In this document: positions 8,945 to 19,100 of the stretch, one piece after another
Layout: each line of letters opens with the position of its first letter
Position numbering within the stretch: the first letter of the stretch is position 1
Origin: a virus
Taxonomy: Duplodnaviria > Heunggongvirae > Uroviricota > Caudoviricetes
Direction: 5' to 3' (one strand)
IMG/VR virus record: IMGVR_UViG_3300025913_000018
Length of the DNA stretch: 64,000 bases
Notes under the pieces: generated by a model
The model's database searches: none
The model's input: the letters and a program-made list of their open reading frames with translations, nothing else
Told to the model about the DNA's origin: nothing
Translations under genes and position numbers: made by a program

Positions 8945-11479
8945 GATAACGAGACCCCCAGCGTGAGCCCCGGGTCCGTCGGTCGGCTTGTTCGTCGAGG
9001 ACGTCAGGCCCGAGACGACTCCGTTCACCCCATTCGCGACGAGGGCGAGCCCTACCGCGTCGGGGATCTCGATCGACAGAGGGATCGAGAGATACGAACG
9101 GATTCGACGAATGATCTCCTGGATCTCTCGAACCCTCTGCTGGAGCATCGAGATGAAGTTCAGGATGAGATCTTCTCCGCCCTGGAGCCCGGCCGCGATG
9201 GACTGGAGGAAGCTCTGGATCATTGAGGCGACGTTCTGCGGACCGGAGAGGAGCCCGACCGACTGGAAGGGGCGGATCGCGATCCACCCTCCGACCGACG
9301 TCATGTCAGCCGCTACTAGGCCCAGGACGTCCGCAGAGATGTTGTAGATGTCCTCCGTGAAGAGGGAGCGGGCGTACCAGGCGGAGGTACCCCCGCGAGG
9401 TACGACGATCGGAGCGGCCTTTGCTACCTTGGGGATCCCCGGGACGGCGTAACCGAACCCAGAGGTGTTGTAGGTCGCGAGGACCCCGAGGTCCCGAGCC
9501 GCCGCGAGAGAGGCGCTAGGGGCCGTCTCCGTGCCGTCGAGGCTGTAGGCGTTCTTCGCGACGTAGGTCGTGAGCTGGTTCCCGTCCTCGTCGGCCGGGG
9601 TGAGGCTCTGGAGAATCGTGACGTCGAGCGCGGGAAGGTTCGCCGCCCCTTCGGTACGAGTGTCTGACCACATCCACTCGGTGAGGGTCGCGAAACGAGC
9701 CGCGCGAGCCGCCATGACCGAGTCCGGGAGGTTCCCCTGGCGCTCGATGATCTGGTCGGTGAGGACGCCGATCTTCGTGAGGAGGTCCGAACCGAAGGCC
9801 ACCGGGTTCGCCGAAGACGTGAAGTAGTCCTGAGGATTCCCGAAGAGCGGGAGGATGTTCTGGGCGAACGATTCGAGCCCCGTCGGGGCGAACGTATCAC
9901 TCCGAGTGATTGAGGTCCCGTTCGGTCCGGTAACCGGCTGGGCGAGCGTATCCGTGAGGGTCGAGTCGAGCGTCTTCGAGGGAAGGTCGAGATCCGAACG
10001 CGACAGAATCATCACGGCGAGCGCGGTACTGACGGCCTGGATGTAGTTGTTCGTGTTCGCCGAGGGGAACGAGACCTGGACCACCGAGGAGGGAAGCCCT
10101 CGATCGGAGGCCGACACTTCGCCTTTCGGCGCGACCATGACCGATACCGGGGTCTGGACCGGGAGGATGTTCCACTGGAACGAGTTCTTCGAGGTCACCT
10201 TGTTCGAGCAGGACATGACTCGAACGAAGACCGTCTGGGGCTGTACGGCGTGAGCGAAGTCCGGGGTGCCGTCTTCGAGGATCGGCGTCTGCCACGGAAG
10301 GTCGGTCTGGGACAGCTCGAACGAGAAGACCCCGCCGACGAGGCTCTGAGCGAGGACCTCCTCGTGGGGGATGTAGATCGTTCGCTGGTTGTAGAACCGC
10401 GAAGGGTCGGAACCGTCCCCCGGGCCGAAGACGTTCGACTTGATGGACTGGGTCGAGGAGAGGTTCGTGATGAAGAAGGCCGGACGGGCTCCGACCCTTC
10501 GGTTCCCGTCCGCATCGAAGGACGCGTTCCAGTCCACCCCCGAGTCGAGAGCGATCGAATCGGCGCCCCCGAAGATCTGAAGAACACGTCCCGTCCCGCC
10601 TTCCTCATAGAGGCCGGTCTGGTAGGAGGAGGGGGTAGAGGAGCTTCCTTCGTCGGGGACCCCGCCGACGCCGCCGGTGCTGCCTTCGATCGGGGCGAGG
10701 TAGCCAGCGTAGAGGCCTTCGGGGAAGACCGAGATCTCGATCAGAAAGCCGTCCGGAGGAACGACGGGAGAGGAGATCCCCGGGCTCGAACCGGCGCTGG
10801 GGGCGAGGCTCCACTGGAGGATTGTGCTAGTCCGCCCTAGGAGGCGCGAGGTGGCCGCTCGGAAGGTCGCGACGGCCGAAGGGGGCGCCCCGCCCGTCGG
10901 GAGCCTCGTAGAGCCCCCGGCGAAGTTCGCGAGAAGGCCCACCGGGGTCGGGAGGGACGAACCGTTGATGTTGAAGCCGAAGAATTGGGCGAAACCGGAG
11001 AGGAGCTGGTTGATCAGGTTGAACTGATCAAAGTTCGCGAGGCGATTCGTGAACGAGACGTCCACCCCAACGTAGAGGAAGAGGGCCAGGACGGTCGTCG
11101 AGTCGGTGAAGGTAGGTCGTTCGAGGTCGGTCCGGTCGAGGAGCCTCGAAAGCATCCGCCGCTGGTACCCTTGGTATCCGCCGCGAAGCTGATCGAACGT
11201 CGTGTCTTCGAGGAGGTACCAGTCCCCGTTCACGTAGATCCCGGCTTTCCGGAAATCCAAGACGAGGTTCTGAAGGGTCTGGATCAGTTCTTGGACGAGC
11301 GCCCGGATGGGGTTCAGGAGGCTCGAAACGAAGCTCTTGATGATGTTCAGGACGGTGAGAGCGATGTCCAGGGCGGTGATAATGAGGTCGAAGATCCCAT
11401 TGACGACCGCGACGGCATCCTGGATTTCTGGGATATTGAAGCGGACCTGGAGCCCGCCCCACTGACCGGTAGTCGCCAT
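8888..11479 (-). CDS. Putative virion structural (baseplate/tail-associated) protein, 863 aa
   Basis: Amphipathic helical N- and C-termini around a Gly/Ser/Thr/Pro-rich core; SD AGAGGAG. Function is inference. Confidence 0.6.
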   Translation of the reverse strand: MATTGQWGGLQVRFNIPEIQDAVAVVNGIFDLIITALDIALTVLNIIKSFVSSLLNPIRALVQELIQTLQNLVLDFRKAGIYVNGDWYLLEDTTFDQLRGGYQGYQRRMLSRLLDRTDLERPTFTDSTTVLALFLYVGVDVSFTNRLANFDQFNLINQLLSGFAQFFGFNINGSSLPTPVGLLANFAGGSTRLPTGGAPPSAVATFRAATSRLLGRTSTILQWSLAPSAGSSPGISSPVVPPDGFLIEISVFPEGLYAGYLAPIEGSTGGVGGVPDEGSSSTPSSYQTGLYEEGGTGRVLQIFGGADSIALDSGVDWNASFDADGNRRVGARPAFFITNLSSTQSIKSNVFGPGDGSDPSRFYNQRTIYIPHEEVLAQSLVGGVFSFELSQTDLPWQTPILEDGTPDFAHAVQPQTVFVRVMSCSNKVTSKNSFQWNILPVQTPVSVMVAPKGEVSASDRGLPSSVVQVSFPSANTNNYIQAVSTALAVMILSRSDLDLPSKTLDSTLTDTLAQPVTGPNGTSITRSDTFAPTGLESFAQNILPLFGNPQDYFTSSANPVAFGSDLLTKIGVLTDQIIERQGNLPDSVMAARAARFATLTEWMWSDTRTEGAANLPALDVTILQSLTPADEDGNQLTTYVAKNAYSLDGTETAPSASLAAARDLGVLATYNTSGFGYAVPGIPKVAKAAPIVVPRGGTSAWYARSLFTEDIYNISADVLGLVAADMTSVGGWIAIRPFQSVGLLSGPQNVASMIQSFLQSIAAGLQGGEDLILNFISMLQQRVREIQEIIRRIRSYLSIPLSIEIPDAVGLALVANGVNGVVSGLTSSTNKPTDGPGAHAGGLVILAGGLPTLITDLLLLLVS

Positions 11480-11534
11480 TTCTCCTCTGGGTCCTCAGAG
11501 GAACGGTACCGGAGCGGGCGTAACTTCGTCTTGA

Positions 11535-12392
11535 ATGACCAAGTTGATCCCAGCCTCTCCTGAAGAGACCGAAAAGGTGCTCATCGCCGCGAAGGTTCTC
11601 TTCGCCCTGAATCGGCTGGTACTTCACCCGCTGGGGTACGCGATCGCGACGAGCTATCCGGACGAGGGTCCTCACGATCTTCCCACCCACCTCATCCTCA
11701 TGAAGACGGACGACGGTTCTCCGCTCGTCTTCGAGGAGAGCCCGTTCCTCGATCAGTGCAACGCGGACCTCGCTCGGTTCGTCGAGAACGTCCGCCCCCC
11801 GAATCGGGGTGTCTTCGATTCGATCCTGCCTCACAAGGCTCGCTTCGCGGCGTTCCAGGAACGTGCGTTCGGACCTGAGGCGCCGCCGGAGACGAAAACT
11901 CTCGTCGAACAAGCTGCCAAGGTGATGGAAAAGATTCGCCTCGGGGTTCGGTTCGACGATCCCTACGACTCGATCCTCGACGATGGGACCGAAGACGACG
12001 ATGTCGCGTACGAAGCGGCTCGGGCTCGACTCGAAGCGGACGGGGTGGACGTGGAAGCGTTCCTCGTTCGTCTCCGCAAGTTCCTCGCCCTCCATCGCCA
12101 GGTCGAGCCTCCGACCGACGAAGACCGAGAGGTCATGGCCGAGGCCGGAGGGATCGCCGTCCGGGACCTTCCATTCGGAGCCGCCGAGGCCTCGCGAGAC
12201 ATCCGCCTTCGAGACGACGATCCGGTTCATCCGGATTCGGATGAACCGACTCCTCCCGAATTCAGCAAAGAGTTCATGAGTACCAACAAGATCTACCGCG
12301 AGTGTGAGCACCGTCTCTCGACGGGTCCGGGCGCGGGGAAGTCCACCTTCACCACCCCATGCGCCCAGTGCGACGCGAGGATTCGATCATGA
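11535..12392 (+). CDS. Hypothetical protein (285 aa)
   Basis: First gene of a plus-strand block; GCGTAAC 10 nt upstream. Confidence 0.75.
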   Translation: MTKLIPASPEETEKVLIAAKVLFALNRLVLHPLGYAIATSYPDEGPHDLPTHLILMKTDDGSPLVFEESPFLDQCNADLARFVENVRPPNRGVFDSILPHKARFAAFQERAFGPEAPPETKTLVEQAAKVMEKIRLGVRFDDPYDSILDDGTEDDDVAYEAARARLEADGVDVEAFLVRLRKFLALHRQVEPPTDEDREVMAEAGGIAVRDLPFGAAEASRDIRLRDDDPVHPDSDEPTPPEFSKEFMSTNKIYRECEHRLSTGPGAGKSTFTTPCAQCDARIRS

Positions 12393-13123
12393 GATACGTC
12401 GCCAGGTTCCACTTCTGGGAGGCCGGAGAGTTCGAAGCTCTTCTCGATCGGAAGAAGGCCGAGAGCGAAGCGGCGAAGCAGAAGGGGGAGAAGTTCTCCT
12501 GGGGGGACCGAGAGATCGACGAGAGTTTCTTGGCCCACACGAAGGAAGTGATCTTCACCTTCCCGGAGGAGGACTCCGAGAAGGTGTTCGAAGAGGCGTG
12601 GAGACTCTCAGGTCTCCAGCGCGAGAAGTTGGATCCGAAGATGTCTTCGATCCGCGTCTCTCCCCTTCCGTACCTCACGATCCGAGAGCTTCTCTCGGCT
12701 CCCGTCCTTCACACCGAGTACGACTTCTGGAGGATGGAGGCCTCGTCTCCGTTCCCCGAGGACCTCCGGTACGAGAGGATCGACGAGGAGAAGCTGAAGG
12801 CCTCGGGCCGCGTTCGGATCGACTACTACGCCGACCACTATATCGACGGCGAACGGGGTTGGTCGATCGCGTGCGTCTTCTGGGACAACCTCCCGGTCTT
12901 CATCTACCAGTGCGCCGGCCGAAGCGGTCGAGACTTCAGCCGTACGATCATGATCTCCTACGATCGTCTTTCGGAGATGACTCAGTTCCTCCGGACGCTC
13001 CTGGATGACTCGGAACGTCGGGTGAGGGAGACCCCTCTCGACGAGGAGAACCTCGACCTCACCTTCTTCTACAGCGACTCCATCTCGCGAGAACTCCCCC
13101 AGCCGAAAGGAGCAAATACATGA
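12389..13123 (+). CDS. Hypothetical protein (244 aa)
   Basis: ATGA coupling at 12389. Confidence 0.75.
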   Translation: MRYVARFHFWEAGEFEALLDRKKAESEAAKQKGEKFSWGDREIDESFLAHTKEVIFTFPEEDSEKVFEEAWRLSGLQREKLDPKMSSIRVSPLPYLTIRELLSAPVLHTEYDFWRMEASSPFPEDLRYERIDEEKLKASGRVRIDYYADHYIDGERGWSIACVFWDNLPVFIYQCAGRSGRDFSRTIMISYDRLSEMTQFLRTLLDDSERRVRETPLDEENLDLTFFYSDSISRELPQPKGANT

Positions 13124-13548
13124 CCTGTCGCTGCGCCTCCGCCGAAATTCACGCCCAACGAGCCCTCGACCAGGCCTACGATTCCTCGCGCGCGACTCAG
13201 GAGTCCATGAAGAAGGAGATCGACAAGCTGAAGGCGGAGATCGCTTCTCGAACGGCGGATCCAACGAAGTATGTGATCCTCGACGCCTACGATTCAGCCC
13301 CCGGGTTCCTCGTCGTGAAGGCTCAGTTCCCCTCGTGCACGAAGTGCTCGTTCGAGGGAACGAAGATCCTCGTGTACCGCAACGTTCGTCCGATCGACGC
13401 GATGAAGTGGAAGAACCTCGACCCCCACTTCCGTGAGGCGGACAAGAAGCTGGAGATCAACAGCGCCCCGAGCCCGATCGCCCGCTTCCCCGGGAACAAG
13501 GAAGGGTGGGACGACGCCATCCACTTCGCCAACTTGAAGGCGAAGTGA
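13120..13548 (+). CDS. Hypothetical phage protein (LDPHF...SPIARF motif)
   Basis: Coupled ORF with SD GGAG. Confidence 0.7.
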   Translation: MTCRCASAEIHAQRALDQAYDSSRATQESMKKEIDKLKAEIASRTADPTKYVILDAYDSAPGFLVVKAQFPSCTKCSFEGTKILVYRNVRPIDAMKWKNLDPHFREADKKLEINSAPSPIARFPGNKEGWDDAIHFANLKAK

Positions 13549-13793
13549 TGAGCGATCGGAACCGCTCCAGCGCTCGGTGGACTCGGGCTCAACGCGAGCG
13601 GGCGAAGCGCGAAGGAAAGACCCTCTTCACGATCTCCTTCAACAGCCAGTACGTGAAGCCTCCAACGAAGGGCGCGGGCGACTTCATCGAGTACAGCGGC
13701 CAGTGCGGAGAAGACTCAGCGAAGGAGATCGGAGACTTCATCGTGAAGCTCCTGAAGAAGCACAAGGCCGAGGAAAAGGCCGAGAAGACTTGA
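13548..13793 (+). CDS. Small basic hypothetical protein (81 aa)
   Basis: TGATG coupling. Confidence 0.6.
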   Translation: MSDRNRSSARWTRAQRERAKREGKTLFTISFNSQYVKPPTKGAGDFIEYSGQCGEDSAKEIGDFIVKLLKKHKAEEKAEKT

Positions 13794-13847
13794 AGGGCTC
13801 AAGACCGCAATAGGTACGTTTTCGCCCCTATCCGCCTTCTTGAGGAT

Positions 13848-14297
13848 ATGGCACCCCCTCGGAAGCTCTTTCAAGCCGTTGGCGCTACGCCTCAGAGCGC
13901 GTGCGACGCGATCGGGGCGACTTCTTCCGACGTAGTCAACAGCGGGACGTACGTCCCCAGCATCACGATCTTCTCGGGCACCGTACTGTCGATCAACGGG
14001 CCGATCTCCCCCTTCATCTACTCCCGAGTGGGGAACGTAGTGACGGTCACCGGGGGGTGTAACGTGACCTCGACCGGAGCCGGAAGCGTAACGCTTCAGA
14101 TTTCGGTTCCGATCCCCACTACCGTGGCGACGGGGTCTGGAGTCCTTACTCCCACCGCAGCCACTGCGAATCTGGGTCGGAGCGTGATCATGGGGGCGGT
14201 TTCCTTCCCTCCCGTATCGATGATCGCCAACATCACTACGGTCGGGGCCGTAGCGGGAGTGGTCGTCCAGTTCACCTTCCAGTACGTGGTGGGCTGA
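13848..14297 (+). CDS. Short fibre or receptor-binding-like protein, MAxPRK-LFQ family member 2
   Basis: MAPPRKLFQAVGATPQSACDAIGA. SGTYVPS...YSRVGNVVTVTG...VP fits a tail-fibre C-terminal domain pattern. Confidence 0.7.
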   Translation: MAPPRKLFQAVGATPQSACDAIGATSSDVVNSGTYVPSITIFSGTVLSINGPISPFIYSRVGNVVTVTGGCNVTSTGAGSVTLQISVPIPTTVATGSGVLTPTAATANLGRSVIMGAVSFPPVSMIANITTVGAVAGVVVQFTFQYVVG

Positions 14298-14304
14298 TTC
14301 GGGC

Positions 14305-14541
14305 TCAGAGACCCCCGCCTCGTTTCAGGCGGGCTCGGTTCTCTTCGAGCACAACGATCTGAGCCTGGTCGGAAGCGACCTGAGCTTCGAGGAGCAGGGC
14401 GATCTTCTCCATCGCCTCCCTCTGGGAGACAATCAGAGGGAGCTTCCCGAGGTCGACCGACTTGGATTTCTTCCACGTCGGATTCTCGGGGTCGAATCCG
14501 AGGTCTTTCAGCTTCTGCTTCAGATCGTCTTCTTCGGTCAC
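14305..14541 (-). CDS. Small coiled-coil hypothetical protein (78 aa)
   Basis: GTGA coupling at 14541. Confidence 0.55.
   Translation of the reverse strand: MTEEDDLKQKLKDLGFDPENPTWKKSKSVDLGKLPLIVSQREAMEKIALLLEAQVASDQAQIVVLEENRARLKRGGGL
14314..14333. terminator. GC-rich hairpin at a convergent gene junction
   Basis: cccgcct-cgtttc-aggcggg, 7-bp stem, 17 nt after the plus-strand stop. Confidence 0.45.
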
Positions 14542-14897
14542 CGGATCCTCACGCCCTTCTGCTCGGAGTTCCGGTAGTTGCTGAAGTACGTTACTTCGAG
14601 AGGCTTGAAGGCGAGCGCCCCCTCGTGGATGAACCACGTCCCAGGGCCGTCGTAGATGTGGTCCTCTCCGGAAGGGTCCGGAAGGAGAGCCGTCTCGTCA
14701 TCGACGAGGATCTTCATCACCCACGCCTGAGTCGACTGAGCGTCGCCGAAGACGTCCATCGAGATCCAGTTGGGGAAGACGGTCGAGACGTGGACGTAGT
14801 GCTTCCCGTTGTAGACGTTCCTCCCAGGCTGGATTCGCCACGAGAGGAGGAGAGACTCCACGGCGCGCTTCGTCTTCGTGGTGTGGTAGAGGATCAT
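14538..14897 (-). CDS. Hypothetical protein (119 aa)
   Basis: Coupled ORF. An N-terminal LYHTT is weakly ART-like but unsupported further. Confidence 0.6.
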   Translation of the reverse strand: MILYHTTKTKRAVESLLLSWRIQPGRNVYNGKHYVHVSTVFPNWISMDVFGDAQSTQAWVMKILVDDETALLPDPSGEDHIYDGPGTWFIHEGALAFKPLEVTYFSNYRNSEQKGVRIR

Positions 14898-15097
14898 CGT
14901 GAGGTGTGAAGGCTGATCGCTCGTTCGAGGGAAACGCCCGAGTTGGCTGTCTCCGCGATCGCGGTAGCCCTCTCATGGGTGTTGACGTCTGCGCACTCCG
15001 GAGCGTGGAGGACGCTCGTGTAGATATCTCCGCGACGTTGGATCCGCCACGGAAGGAAGTCGTCCCCCGAAGGGACTACTGTCCAGGGCTCACTCAC
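14894..15097 (-). CDS. Small hypothetical protein (67 aa)
   Basis: Coupled ORF. Confidence 0.55.
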   Translation of the reverse strand: MSEPWTVVPSGDDFLPWRIQRRGDIYTSVLHAPECADVNTHERATAIAETANSGVSLERAISLHTSR

Positions 15098-15362
15098 TTC
15101 GGAAGCGCCCGAGGTTCGCCGATAGGGTGAAGTTCGTCTTGATCACGCGGGCCCCGTCGTTACTCCCCACCACCATCGCCCCCGTGGGCGGAAGCTTGTC
15201 GCCGGGCCCCGAGGGGTTCGTGTAGATCCGAGCCTCGCTTCCCAGCTCGCTGTTGAGGTCCGGTTCGGATTTCCAGAGAGCTTCGAGTTCCTCTTCGGAG
15301 AGTTCGAGGCCCTCTTCGTCTTCGCCAGTAGCCAACCGGAGGTGTCTTCTGTCCACAGTCAT
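15090..15362 (-). CDS. Hypothetical protein (90 aa)
   Basis: SD GGAGG before GTG. Confidence 0.55.
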   Translation of the reverse strand: MTVDRRHLRLATGEDEEGLELSEEELEALWKSEPDLNSELGSEARIYTNPSGPGDKLPPTGAMVVGSNDGARVIKTNFTLSANLGRFRSE

Positions 15363-15395
15363 CCTCCAAGAATAGCGCCTGAGTTGGGGAATGGG

Positions 15396-15710
15396 CTAGA
15401 CGTCGGTCTCGATATTGACGGTCGTCCCGTTCGCGCTCGATTCGCTGACGAGCTTTCCATCCACGTAGACCTTCACGCAGAGGAGACCTTCCTCGTCCAC
15501 TCGCGAGACGACGCGAAGACGGCGCTTCTCGTACTCATCGGGAGGGGGCGGAGGGTCGGTGTCGTGGTCGGGGAGAGGCGCCTCCAAAAACTCCTTCGTC
15601 TTCTCGTGAGACATGGCTTCGAGCTTCTGGATCGTTTCCTTCTTCGCCTTGGGCATTGAGGGCGGTCCGCCGTACACCATACTGATCCCACGCTCCGGTC
15701 TGCGTCTCAT
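15396..15710 (-). CDS. Hypothetical protein (104 aa)
   Basis: ATGA coupling. Confidence 0.55.
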   Translation of the reverse strand: MRRRPERGISMVYGGPPSMPKAKKETIQKLEAMSHEKTKEFLEAPLPDHDTDPPPPPDEYEKRRLRVVSRVDEEGLLCVKVYVDGKLVSESSANGTTVNIETDV

Positions 15711-16168
15711 ACCCCCGATACGCCCTTCTCTGACTTGAGGCCCAACTCCTCGCCGGGCTTCAGCAGCGTCTTCGCGTACTCCACGAACTTCGGATCGTCT
15801 CCCTTCGGATCCGTACAGCGGACCGTCATCATTCGGTTGAACTCAATCGTCGCCTTCAGTTCCTCCCGAGTCTTGGGGGCGTGGTCCGCCTCTTCGTAGG
15901 GAACGAAGTCGCCGAAGGCCCTCCACTTTTGGAGGGGCTCGGGGTCACTCATCTCCCACATGAAGGCTCGCCCCGAGTTGATGTTCCTCATGTAGAAGTC
16001 GACGTCCGAGTCCCACCCGGAAGACTCCAGGAAACCGATGAACCGAAGGGCTGCCTCTTCCGACCCGTCCGCCAAGACGTAGTAGGAGATCTCGCGCATG
16101 ATGTCGGCGCCCGGCAACTTCTCTCCGAGAACCGCTACCGCTGGTGCGTAGCCTTCTTCGAGCTTCAT
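15707..16168 (-). CDS. Hypothetical protein (153 aa)
   Basis: ATGA coupling to the giant gene. Confidence 0.65.
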   Translation of the reverse strand: MKLEEGYAPAVAVLGEKLPGADIMREISYYVLADGSEEAALRFIGFLESSGWDSDVDFYMRNINSGRAFMWEMSDPEPLQKWRAFGDFVPYEEADHAPKTREELKATIEFNRMMTVRCTDPKGDDPKFVEYAKTLLKPGEELGLKSEKGVSGV

Positions 16169-19100
16169 ACCTTCGCTGTACCCTTCACCATCGCCAGTAG
16201 CCGGGCCTGCTCAGCTCGACGCCTCGGAAGTTCGGCGTCGAAGCGGCGGATCGCTTCAAGCGTACCCGTTACACGATCGGCCCGAAGGGTCAGCCAAGCC
16301 CAGCGAGAGTCGCGGAGCTTGTCACGTTGCTGGAGAGCTTCCTCGATTCGATCCGGAAGAACCGGGCGACCCACCCCATTCGCGAAGTCCGCGTACGGAA
16401 CCGCGAGCGAATGGTAGGGGGGTCGGAGGTAGTCGAGCCGGAAGTCGAGCCCCCAGAAGCGACGATCGAGGATGGAGAGACAATCCTTGTCGTTCGTGAA
16501 GGGACTGAGCTCAGTGCGACCTTCGATGTCGTCGATCAGGGCGCCTGAGAGAACCCCGAGGCCAGCGAAGGGATCGTCCGGGTCCCCGACGTCCGAGATG
16601 TGTTGGTCTCTCTGGAAGACGAAGTAGGAGCCGCCCTTCCGCGTTTCGAAGAGGAGGAGAAGCTCTTCGATCCACGAGAGGATCCTCTCCCGGTTCGCGA
16701 GGATCAGTTCTACGGTCTCGGCCGTGAGGAACGAGGTCGGCCGGATCACACGGTAGGCGAACGGCGCGATCGAGAGGAAGTTGCTCTTGAAGGAGTTGGT
16801 CGAATCGGCGAAAGCCGTCGGGCGAAGATCCATCTGACCTTCGAGACCGTCCGCCGTCCCGGAGAGGTTCGAACCGTGGACTGTCGGGTAGATCGCATAC
16901 TGGTCGTCGAACACGACGTCCCCACCCGTTCGGTTCCCGGCGAGGGTTCCGCCGTAGGTAGAAACCCCGAGCGTCGAGGGCGATACGGTCTCGATCTCGT
17001 AGTAGCCTCGATTGTCGTCGGTACGGAGGGGCGATCCCGGGTCGTAGAAGGGCGCTCCGCGGGGGAGGACGCCCTGATCGCCGAACGGCCGGGCTCCGGT
17101 CTCCGAGGTCGGAGGGAAGCCCGTAGGGCCGCGGAGGACCCCCGCCGGGTCGATCACGAGGATGTCTCCCTTTTGGATTCCGAGGGAGGCGAAGTCAATC
17201 GTGGGGTCAGTGTCTCGGAGGAGGTTGATCGACTGATCGTAAGCGACCTGTAGATCCGGGTCCGAGACGTAGTTCACCTTCCCGCCCGTCTGGGCGACGA
17301 GATCCGCTCGACGGTCGAGAAGAACCCGGTCCGTGGCGAGGGCGAGAAGCTCCTCCGCGGATTGCTCCTGGGGGATCGGAGCGGACCGGAGGTAGATCTC
17401 GAACCGGGTCCCGGGGGCGACCGAGGGCAACGAGTTCTTCGAAAGCGTCAGCGTCTTCCCGTCAGTCTCCACGACGAGGATCTCCGCTTCCGCAATCACT
17501 TCCCCCGAAACTCCGAGGAACCGGACCTGGTCCCCAGAACGGATGTTCTGATCCGGAAGAGTGAAGTCACCGAGTTGAGTGGCGGTCCCTCCGGCGAGCG
17601 GGAGAGGCGGGACACTAGAGTCCACCGGACGCGCCGTGAGGAGACCGGCGGTCCCGGTGGAAACGAAGCTGTCGACGATCCCGCGACGGATCTCATACGT
17701 GAACCGAAGACGTTCGATCGCCCCCACGACCATGTCCAACTGGACGTGGAACCGACGGATTCGACGTACCTCGACCTGAGCCACTTCGAGGTAACTGCCT
17801 CCGACTGGTCCGCCGGAGGGGAGGTACGAAGTCGCGTCTCGCGTTCCGATTTCCGAGAACGTCAGCGAGTGAGCCGCATCCACGACGTTCACTCGGGGCG
17901 CACCCAGATCGTTCCCCGAAAGAGGGAACGACGGTTCGACGTAGATCCCATTCTGAGCGTGGTAGCGGAGATCGAAGAGGTCTCCGGGGAAGAGGCAAGC
18001 TGGTCCGGCGCCGTGGATCGCGGCCCAGTTGAATCGAGTGACGTCGAGAGCGCCGGGGATGTTGTCGTAGACGGGGATGTCGAGCGAAGGAAGGAACGAA
18101 GTGGAGACCACCTTCACCTTCGAGTACACCGCAAGCGTTCCAGCTCCCGGACCGACGACACCGGAGAGGGTTCCGGCTGAGGCGTCGTACGAGACCGATC
18201 CGAACGGAGCGCGCGATCCGGTCACCGTGCGGAAGCCGAAGTAGAATTCCGAACCCGCCGGGGGCGAAGGCCAGAGCGTGACGCCTGGGTAGTTCAACGG
18301 AACGCCGGCCCCTACCGGCTTCACCGGAAGGATCGTCATGCCCGAGACGGGTGTCCCGTTCGTCGCGGCGGCCTGGAAGGCGGAGAAAGAGATCGCTCCC
18401 CCCACTCCATCTTGGAAGTTCGAAAGGCCGAGGAAGCGATTCCCCGGAAGGTCGAGGGAAGTGTACGACGCCGAGACCGCGGCTCCTGCCGTCCCTACCA
18501 CCGACTCGTCCACGATCAGGTAGACGCGTCCGGTCGCCGGGAACGCAGAGGTAGCCGAGACGGGCGTGTTGTTGAGGTCCTGGAGCGGGACGAGAGGAAG
18601 GAGGGACGTGACGGTGAGGTTCGGGGAGAGGTCGAGACCGACAACAGTCGGGAACTGGAAGTCCAACCAACCGCCCGGAGATCCTGCCGCCCCCGAGAGA
18701 TCGAGACGGTGTCCGGGAGGAGTCGAAACCGTAGCGGCGATCGCTCCGCGAACGAGGTACGTCCCCGTCTTCCCCGAGCCCACGGGGATGGAGAGACCGA
18801 GAGTGGGGTTGAACTGGCCACGGATGAACGCGACATCTCCGGGCTGGATGCGGTCCAATCCTCCCGCGTGAGTCGCGAAGGGAAGGAACGCGTTCTCGTT
18901 GAGGAACGAGAACGGAGCGCCCGGGCCTCGGATCTCTCCCGCGATCACGGCCCCGTCGTAGATGGGTCCCGCCTCATCCTGACGCGAGGAGGGAATCGCG
19001 GTGAAGAGAACCCCAGTTGCGTCGATCGGAACGTTTCCTCGACCCTCGAACCCGAGGACACGAAGCGTCCCCGAGTTGGCGGAGAAGGTTCCCACTCCGT

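Noticed and set aside
12316-12350. GPGAGKST P-loop-like string at the end of the 11535 ORF
   Set aside because: No preceding hydrophobic strand or downstream Walker B, and only about 15 aa remain. Likely chance.
14538-14897. LYHTT start suggesting a second ART domain
   Set aside because: Later ART motifs are not convincingly present.
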